Positions 8,260-15,582 of a stretch of DNA of 25,742 nt are shown here, in pieces (within the stretch, counting starts at the first letter, position 1; the number at the start of each line of letters is the position of its first letter). This DNA comes from Nitrospinota bacterium (GTDB lineage Bacteria > Nitrospinota > Nitrospinia > Nitrospinales > VA-1): the NCBI GenBank assembly GCA_038108555.1, contig JAYNIA010000037.1:1-25742 (forward strand). The letters run 5' to 3'. Both the position numbers and the translations under genes were made by a program. The notes under the pieces are model-generated. The model had not been told where the DNA came from and made no database searches. It saw only the letters and a list, made by a program, of their open reading frames with translations.

Positions 8260-10509
8260 ATGAGACCGGAAAAAGTATCTGACCTGCAAGAAGAGCTCGA
8301 AAAAAGGTTTTTAACCTATGCTCTTTCCACCATCGTATCGCGCTCGCTTCCCGATGTTCGTGATGGACTCAAACCCATTCATCGGCGGATTTTGTTTGCC
8401 ATGGACAGCATGGGAATGAATGCGGCTAGCAAGCATGTGAAGTCGGCCAAAATTATTGGGGAAGTGCTGGGTAAATACCATCCCCATGGAGACTCCTCCA
8501 CCTACGATTCGATGGTTCGAATGGCACAAGATTTTTCGATGCGCTACCCCCTTGTCGATGGAAAAGGAAATTTTGGATCCATGGATGGGGACTCTCCTGC
8601 AGCTTACCGTTACACCGAAGGCCGTTTGACTGCTATCACTGCATTTTTGCTCAGCGATATCAAAAAAGATACGGTGGACTTTCGTCCGAACTATGACAAC
8701 ACACTCAAGGAACCGGTGGTTTTGCCTTCGCGCATACCCAACCTGCTGATCAATGGATCTTCGGGAATCGCAGTGGGAATGGCTTGTTCCTTCCCAAGTC
8801 ATAATTTACATGAAGTTTTTTCTGCTCTGATCTCCTTGATTGATGAACCCAAACAAACCATCACATCTTTGATGAAGCACATCAAAGGTCCGGACTTTCC
8901 CACCGAGGGAATCATTCTCAACAGCAAGGCAGAATTAAGAAAAGCGTATGAATCGGGATCGGGTGCGGTAAAGATCCGGGGCGAATGGAAAGTGGAAAGT
9001 CTTCCTCGAGGTAAAAAGCAGATCATCATCACCTCCATTCCTTATGCGATCAATAAAGCAAAAATGATCGAAAGGATCGCTGAAATTATTATTTCGAAGA
9101 AACTAGCCCCCCTCACCGATGTTCGTGACGAAAGTGATGAAAAGGTTCGTGTGGTTCTGGAAATCAAGAATACCGCCGATCCCGAAAAGCTGATGAGTTA
9201 CCTTTTCAAACACACGGACCTGGAGTCCAATTTCCAACTCAACTTCACCTGCCTGAAACCCAATGGAGAACCAGCAAGGTTATCGCTGATTGAAATATGC
9301 CAGGAGTTCCTGGAATTTCGTAAGCAGGTAGTCACACGCCGTCTTAATTACGAACTTGCTTTACTTGAAAAACGACTGCATATCCTTGCCGGTTTTGCAG
9401 CCATTTTTAACGACCTGGACAAGGCCCTGAAACTAATTCGCTCCTCAAAATCGAGGAAAGAAGCGCACGATAAAATCAAAAAACATTTCAAACTGGACGA
9501 TGAACAAACCAGCGCGATTCTTGAATTCCCGCTGTACCGCCTTGTTTCCCTTGAAATAGATAAAATCATTGCTGAGCAACAGGAAAAACTAAAAGAGAAA
9601 AAGAAAATTGTCTCCATCCTTAAGTCTTCAAAGAAAATCTGGGGAGAGGTTCGAAAAGAACTGGAAGAAATTGATAAAAAATACGGGGACAAAAGAAAAA
9701 CAAAGTTTGGTGCCAGCGAAAACGTTGAGTTCAATGCTGAGGACTTTATTGAGCATGAAGACGTCCATATTGTTCTTAGCCAAAATGGATGGATTCGAAA
9801 ACTGAAAACGCTCAGTGATCCTTCAACACTCAAGTTCAAGGAGAACGACCAATTACTTGGCACCACACCCTGTAACACGAAAGACCTTTTAGGGGTCTTC
9901 ACTTCAAAGGGTGTTGCTTACGTGGCAAAAGTTTATAACCTCCCTTATACAAGAAGCGGGTTTGGCGAACCTATTCAGGGCTTGTTTAAGTTTGCCGATG
10001 GGGAAAAGGTAATTGGAATGATCCGCCTGCCAGCCGGTTCGGAAAACGAAGACGAAAACGGACAAAGTACGCTGGGTTTTGAAGGCGAAGACGAAGAAAT
10101 CATGGTTGCAAGCGCAAACGGGTTTGGGTTTCGCTTTCCACTATCAAACTTGGGAGAAACCACCCGATCAGGAAGAAAAATAATGAACCTCAAAAATGAG
10201 GATCGAATGGTTGGGTTTGCACCTGTGACTCAGGATCATTTATTTCTTGCAACCGCCCAGGGAAAAGCCGTTGTCATAGCAACCGAACAGGTAGCCCAGC
10301 TAACCGGATCGGGCAAGGGGGTTATTTTGATGAAACCCGGAGACAGTCAGTTGGCAGGAATAAAGTTTGTAAATTTAAAGGACAAAGTCACTCTTTCCTT
10401 TGACTCGGGTAAAGACAAGGAAATCACAGTAAAGAGCGTGCGTCTTTGCAATCGGGGCAGTCAGGGTGTCATAGTTTCGAAACGTAAAACCATTGTAAAA
10501 ATTACATAG
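8260..10509 (+). CDS. parC: Type IIA topoisomerase subunit A, Topo IV-like (no GyrA-box)
   Basis: RSLPDVRDGLKPIHRRIL, YHPHGDS, catalytic AAYRYTE, NGSSGIAVGMA, GPDFPT. 749 aa with a pinwheel CTD lacking QRRGGKG. Confidence 0.85.
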   Translation: MRPEKVSDLQEELEKRFLTYALSTIVSRSLPDVRDGLKPIHRRILFAMDSMGMNAASKHVKSAKIIGEVLGKYHPHGDSSTYDSMVRMAQDFSMRYPLVDGKGNFGSMDGDSPAAYRYTEGRLTAITAFLLSDIKKDTVDFRPNYDNTLKEPVVLPSRIPNLLINGSSGIAVGMACSFPSHNLHEVFSALISLIDEPKQTITSLMKHIKGPDFPTEGIILNSKAELRKAYESGSGAVKIRGEWKVESLPRGKKQIIITSIPYAINKAKMIERIAEIIISKKLAPLTDVRDESDEKVRVVLEIKNTADPEKLMSYLFKHTDLESNFQLNFTCLKPNGEPARLSLIEICQEFLEFRKQVVTRRLNYELALLEKRLHILAGFAAIFNDLDKALKLIRSSKSRKEAHDKIKKHFKLDDEQTSAILEFPLYRLVSLEIDKIIAEQQEKLKEKKKIVSILKSSKKIWGEVRKELEEIDKKYGDKRKTKFGASENVEFNAEDFIEHEDVHIVLSQNGWIRKLKTLSDPSTLKFKENDQLLGTTPCNTKDLLGVFTSKGVAYVAKVYNLPYTRSGFGEPIQGLFKFADGEKVIGMIRLPAGSENEDENGQSTLGFEGEDEEIMVASANGFGFRFPLSNLGETTRSGRKIMNLKNEDRMVGFAPVTQDHLFLATAQGKAVVIATEQVAQLTGSGKGVILMKPGDSQLAGIKFVNLKDKVTLSFDSGKDKEITVKSVRLCNRGSQGVIVSKRKTIVKIT

Positions 10510-10513
10510 CAAA

Positions 10514-12403
10514 ATGGCCAAATACAATTCAGATGACATTCAGGTTCTGGAAGGACTGGAACCTGTTCGTAAACGACCGGGAATGTATATCGGTTCCACC
10601 TCTTCCACAGGTCTGCACCACCTCTTATGGGAAATTCTCGACAACAGTGTCGACGAGGCCTTAAACGGTCATTGCGACACCATTGAGATCACTCTCGATA
10701 AAGATCATGGGGTTACCGTCAAAGATAATGGGCGGGGCGTTCCGGTGGACAATTATAAAAAAACCAAAAAGAGCGCCATGGAAATATTATTTACGACGCT
10801 ACATTCCGGGGGAAAGTTTGGCCAGGGGAATTACAAAGTATCCGGAGGTTTGCATGGAGTGGGAATGGCGGTAGTCTGCGCACTTTCTGAAACCATGACA
10901 GCCACCTCCCGCCGGGATGGCTTTGAATGGACACAATCTTATGCGAGGGGAAAACCTTTATCCAAACTTAAAAAAGGAAAAGCTTCCCGAACCTACGGAA
11001 CCACGGTTTACTTCCGCCCGGACCCATCCATCTTTCCAAAAGTCGAGTTTAATCCGAAACTGATTATAGAACGGGCGGAGTCGAAAGCATTTCTCAACAA
11101 AGGATTAAAAATTACCTTCAACGAGGGTAAAAACAAGCACACGTTCCACTACCCGGATGGAATTCAGGATTACATAAAAAAGATTGTCGGAAAAAAATCC
11201 ACATTGATGGAAAACCCTATCTATGTTGAAAAAGAGGATAAACAATTAAAGCTGGAAACTGCTTTTCTATGGACACCTGACACAGACACCCAGGTCCTTT
11301 CTTTTGCAAACTCCATTCGCACAGTGGATGGAGGAACCCACGAAAACGGTTTTCGCAATGGCGTAACAAAAGCCATGCGTGCTTATATCGACAGAAGAAA
11401 GCTTCTGCCAAAAGAGGTCTCCTCAATCACAAGCGATGATGTTCGCGAGGGTTTGATTGCCATCATCAACGTTTATTTGCAAGGCGAAGTGGAATTTCAA
11501 GGGCAAACTAAAGGGCGATTAAACTCAGAGATCACCTCCCAGGTGGAAGTGGTCGTCAAACATTCCCTGGAACATTTTCTCAACGAGAACCAAACGTTGG
11601 GGGACACCCTGGCGAACCGAGTCATTTTGTCTGCACAGGCACGTGTTGCCTCAAGACAGGCCAAAGAAGCGGTCCAACGAAAAACAAATATTTCACATCG
11701 GCTGAACCTTCCAGGAAAACTTTCTGATTGCGCAACAACGGATAAAAATGAAGCCGAACTGTTTATTTGTGAAGGGGATTCTGCAGGAGGATCGAGCAAG
11801 CAAGCGAGAGACCGAAAAACACAAGCCATTCTGCCCATCCGCGGTAAAATTCTGAATGTAGAAACGGCAACCCTGGCCAAAACTCTGGCCAACTCAGAAA
11901 TACAAAATCTTGTTTCCGCATGTGGCACAGGTATCTTGAATAAATTTGATTACAGCAAATTGCGGTATGGAAAAATAATAATTATGACCGACGCAGATGT
12001 GGATGGTGCACATATTTGTACCCTGCTCCTCACTTTTTTCTATCGTTGCATGCCTGAAATCATTGAGAACGGCCACCTTTTCATTGCTCAGCCTCCACTC
12101 TACCGGATAGATGTTGGGAAAAAACTTTACTACGCTGTCACGGAGGAAGAAAAGGACAAGATTGTAAAAGATTTAAATGGTACAAAACATGATATCGGCA
12201 GGTTTAAAGGACTGGGTGAAATGCCGGCTGCTGATTTAAGAGAAACAACCATGAATAAAAACTCCCGATCATTAATTAAAGTGGCCTTGCCCGATGCTGA
12301 AAAAGCCAGTGAAACCGTATCTCAGTTAATGGGTAAAAATGCCGAATCTCGATATAACTTTATTAAGGAAAAAGCTGAATTTGCCCAAGATCTGGATGTA
12401 TAA
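10514..12403 (+). CDS. parE: Type IIA topoisomerase subunit B, Topo IV-like
   Basis: GLEPVRKRPGMYIG, EILDNSVDE, SGGLHGVG, EGDSAGGS, PIRGKILN, MTDADVDG, RFKGLGEM. 629 aa, starting 4 nt after the A subunit. Confidence 0.85.
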   Translation: MAKYNSDDIQVLEGLEPVRKRPGMYIGSTSSTGLHHLLWEILDNSVDEALNGHCDTIEITLDKDHGVTVKDNGRGVPVDNYKKTKKSAMEILFTTLHSGGKFGQGNYKVSGGLHGVGMAVVCALSETMTATSRRDGFEWTQSYARGKPLSKLKKGKASRTYGTTVYFRPDPSIFPKVEFNPKLIIERAESKAFLNKGLKITFNEGKNKHTFHYPDGIQDYIKKIVGKKSTLMENPIYVEKEDKQLKLETAFLWTPDTDTQVLSFANSIRTVDGGTHENGFRNGVTKAMRAYIDRRKLLPKEVSSITSDDVREGLIAIINVYLQGEVEFQGQTKGRLNSEITSQVEVVVKHSLEHFLNENQTLGDTLANRVILSAQARVASRQAKEAVQRKTNISHRLNLPGKLSDCATTDKNEAELFICEGDSAGGSSKQARDRKTQAILPIRGKILNVETATLAKTLANSEIQNLVSACGTGILNKFDYSKLRYGKIIIMTDADVDGAHICTLLLTFFYRCMPEIIENGHLFIAQPPLYRIDVGKKLYYAVTEEEKDKIVKDLNGTKHDIGRFKGLGEMPAADLRETTMNKNSRSLIKVALPDAEKASETVSQLMGKNAESRYNFIKEKAEFAQDLDV

Positions 12404-12501
12404 GCCTCGCTTTCATCCAATGCCCTCCATCCCCCTATTTCCAGTATTTAGACCACGAATTATCCCAATATTTTCAAATATATAAATAGCTTTTTATCAG
12501 C

Positions 12502-12530
12502 TTGAGTTTTGCCATACAGGGTAGTAGGAT
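12502..12530 (+). promoter_or_regulatory. Candidate sigma-70 promoter for the GAF-PilB pair
   Basis: TTGAGT-N17-TAGGAT, 42 nt upstream of the ATG at 12573. Confidence 0.4.
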
Positions 12531-12572
12531 TGAGATTGGGACTTTACATATTTTCAATCCAGGAACCAGGAA

Positions 12573-15554
12573 ATGGGATTTTTTTCCAAATCAAAAGAAT
12601 CGAAGTCACCCGAAAGCAACGGCAACAATTCTGGCGACCAGGATGGAAAATCAGCTACTTCTACCTTTAAAAACGAGGCGGAAGTATTGGTTGATGACCC
12701 CATTCCTGCTGTAAAAAGAAGATCGGTAGACAAGATACCGATGGAAGTCGATGCTCGTGGACGCCGTTCGAGTGACCGGTCACGACCCGTAATAAATAAA
12801 ATTGTCTCTGGCGAGAGTATGGGGCAGATCCTATTCTCTCTTACGGAGGAGCTAAAAGCCCTGTTTGATTGTCAGGCAGTCACTGTGTTTGGTGTTGACC
12901 GGGAAAAACGGCAAATTTTTTCAAGAAATTTTAAAACCGATGAAGTAGAAGAAATTCGTCTTGATATATCTTCTAAAAGTCTCGCAGGTTTTTTAGCTGC
13001 CACCGGAAAAACCCTCAACATTCAAAATGCCTATGATACTGACGAGTTAAAGAAAATCCACCCTGATCTGCAGTTGGACAAATCCTGGGATGAAAAGTTT
13101 GAATTTAAAACACGTTCTGCTCTGGTAGTCGCTCTACCCTATAACAAAAGATTAATGGGTGTTATTGAGTGCATCAACCATGTTTCGGGAAATGGCTTCA
13201 GCGAAGGTTACATTCGCCAGGCAAAAGATCTATCCTCGACCCTTGGCCACGCCTTGGTCAAACTCGAAGTTGAGGATTTGGAATCCAAAATCCAGGATAC
13301 CGCACATGCCATCCATTCAGCAGGAACCATTGATGAAATTTTGATTGAATTGCAACAACCCATCCTCCAACTGTTTGACGCGGATTTGATCACCATCTAT
13401 GCCATTGATGAAATCCGTAATGAAATTTATTCAAAATCCAAATCCGGAACCCAGGTAAACGAGATACGGGTTCCCATTTCAGAAAAAAGTATTTCCGGGT
13501 GCGTTGCGCTTATTAAAAAGCCTTTCAATATAAGTGATGTCTATAACGCCGATGAGTTAAAAAGTTTCCATCCAGAACTAAAGTTTGATAGTTCCTGGGA
13601 TCAAAAAACGGGCCTGAGAACAAAATCCATGCTGGTTTACCCGCTTATCCAGGGGGAAGAACTGATGGGTGTCCTTCAGATTGTTAACAAAAAGCATGGG
13701 GAAAAATTTACAAACTTTGATGAGCGTAACGCAAAAATTATTGCTCAAACCCTGGCGCTGGCTTTTTTCAATCAACAAAAAATCAACCGGCAAAAACGCA
13801 CAAAATATGGATACCTGGTGGAGAGCGGAATTATTTCTCAGGAAGAACTGAATAACGCAACCTCAAAGGCCAGAAAAAACCAGCTCGATATGGAAGCGGT
13901 GCTGCTTAGTGATTTAAAACTGAAGCGAAAAGATATGGGAAAAGCATTAGAACTTTATTACAGCATCCCCTATCAGGGTTTTAACGATTCAATCGTCTTA
14001 CCTCAATCAAACTTTTCTGGATTAAATAAAAACTATTTGGCCAAAAACAATTGGGTCCCCATCCAAAACGATGAGACCAGCACGGTAATATTAACTGACG
14101 ACCCTTCCAATAAAGATAGAATCCAAAACATCCAGATGATCTTTCCCAAAAAGAAACTGGAGATCAAGGTGGGCTTAAAGGCCGACATTCGCGAATTCCT
14201 GCTTTCAGCAATGACAGAGGATGAGGCTAAGTCCAGTGCGGGTGAAGAAATACGGACAGAAGAAATGTCCAGCCTACTCAATGCCCTGGAGGATGAAAGC
14301 GCTGAAGTCGTTGATCAAACACAAGAGGATAGCGAGGTAAACGCCATAAGCGAAACAGACAGCACTATCGTCCGCCTGGTGAATAAAGTATTAACAGATG
14401 CTTATGATCAGGGGGTATCCGATATCCACCTAGAACCGGGAACTGGAAAAAAACCGGTAAAAGTTCGTTTCAGAAAGGATGGTGCCTGCCGGATTTATCA
14501 GGAAATTCCTTACCTATACAAACAGGCAATCATATCTCGAATAAAGATCATGTCCAAATTGGATATCGCGGAACGGCGACTGCCTCAGGATGGTAAAATT
14601 AAAATGAAATATGGACGGAAGAGCATTGAATACCGTGTTGCAACATGTCCTACCGTGGGGGGTAATGAAGACGCAGTCCTTCGAATTTTAGCCGCAAGCA
14701 AACCCATTCCACTCGACAAAATGAATTTTTCTGAAAGAAACCTTGGACTCATCCAGGAAAAAGTAACCAAACCTTATGGACTGATCCTGGTTGTTGGACC
14801 AACGGGTTCAGGTAAAACCACCACCCTGCATTCCTGTCTGGGCTACATTAATAAACCCGAAACAAAAATCTGGATGGCTGAAGACCCTGTTGAAATTACA
14901 CAAGACGGTCTAAGACAAGTCCAGATGCTGAACAAGATCGGTCTGGATTTTGCCCGTGCGATGAGATCTTTTCTGCGCGGGGACCCCGATGTCATCATGG
15001 TAGGTGAAATGCGGGATGCTGAAACTTGTGCAATTGGACTGGAAGCCTCCCTGACCGGACACTTGGTATTCAGCACACTGCATACAAACTCCGCCCCGGA
15101 AACGATCACCCGGCTGATTGATATGGGTATGAATCCCCTCAACTTCGCAGATGCCTTGCTGCTCATAGTTGCTCAAAGGCTGGTCCGTACTCTTTGTAAG
15201 AACTGCAAAGAGGACTATCATCCAGACCGGGAAGAGTTTGACGAACTTGCAAAACAGTATGGTGAAGAAGATTTTAAAAAACTGAATATAGAATATACCG
15301 ACGACCTGCTTCTCAAAAAACCAGTAGGTTGTCCTTCATGTAATGAAACCGGTTATGCAGGTCGAACCGGCCTGCATGAATTATTGGATGGAACCGATGC
15401 CATCAAGCGGATGATAATGAAAAAGGAAATGGTGGAAAACCTTCGTAAGCAGGCGATAAGCGATGGCATGACAACATTGAAACAGGATGGTATCCGTAAA
15501 ATATTTAAAGGTGACTGCGATTTAAAACAAGTACTAGCGGTATGTATTGTTTAA
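12573..15554 (+). CDS. GspE/PilB-family secretion/pilus assembly ATPase with two N-terminal GAF domains (paralog 1)
   Basis: Walker A GPTGSGKTT, Asp-box AEDPVE, Walker B VIMVGEMRD, TGHLVFSTLHTN, Zn motif CKNC...CPSC, ERRLPQDG. Two GAF repeats, the second with NKKHGEKFTNFDE. Confidence 0.92.
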   Translation: MGFFSKSKESKSPESNGNNSGDQDGKSATSTFKNEAEVLVDDPIPAVKRRSVDKIPMEVDARGRRSSDRSRPVINKIVSGESMGQILFSLTEELKALFDCQAVTVFGVDREKRQIFSRNFKTDEVEEIRLDISSKSLAGFLAATGKTLNIQNAYDTDELKKIHPDLQLDKSWDEKFEFKTRSALVVALPYNKRLMGVIECINHVSGNGFSEGYIRQAKDLSSTLGHALVKLEVEDLESKIQDTAHAIHSAGTIDEILIELQQPILQLFDADLITIYAIDEIRNEIYSKSKSGTQVNEIRVPISEKSISGCVALIKKPFNISDVYNADELKSFHPELKFDSSWDQKTGLRTKSMLVYPLIQGEELMGVLQIVNKKHGEKFTNFDERNAKIIAQTLALAFFNQQKINRQKRTKYGYLVESGIISQEELNNATSKARKNQLDMEAVLLSDLKLKRKDMGKALELYYSIPYQGFNDSIVLPQSNFSGLNKNYLAKNNWVPIQNDETSTVILTDDPSNKDRIQNIQMIFPKKKLEIKVGLKADIREFLLSAMTEDEAKSSAGEEIRTEEMSSLLNALEDESAEVVDQTQEDSEVNAISETDSTIVRLVNKVLTDAYDQGVSDIHLEPGTGKKPVKVRFRKDGACRIYQEIPYLYKQAIISRIKIMSKLDIAERRLPQDGKIKMKYGRKSIEYRVATCPTVGGNEDAVLRILAASKPIPLDKMNFSERNLGLIQEKVTKPYGLILVVGPTGSGKTTTLHSCLGYINKPETKIWMAEDPVEITQDGLRQVQMLNKIGLDFARAMRSFLRGDPDVIMVGEMRDAETCAIGLEASLTGHLVFSTLHTNSAPETITRLIDMGMNPLNFADALLLIVAQRLVRTLCKNCKEDYHPDREEFDELAKQYGEEDFKKLNIEYTDDLLLKKPVGCPSCNETGYAGRTGLHELLDGTDAIKRMIMKKEMVENLRKQAISDGMTTLKQDGIRKIFKGDCDLKQVLAVCIV

Positions 15555-15582
15555 TTAATCCTTAATATTCAAGCACCGACCC

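Noticed and set aside
8260..12403. Calling the pair gyrA/gyrB
   Set aside because: The GyrA-box is absent and the CTD is short; a Topo IV-like call fits better pending phylogeny.
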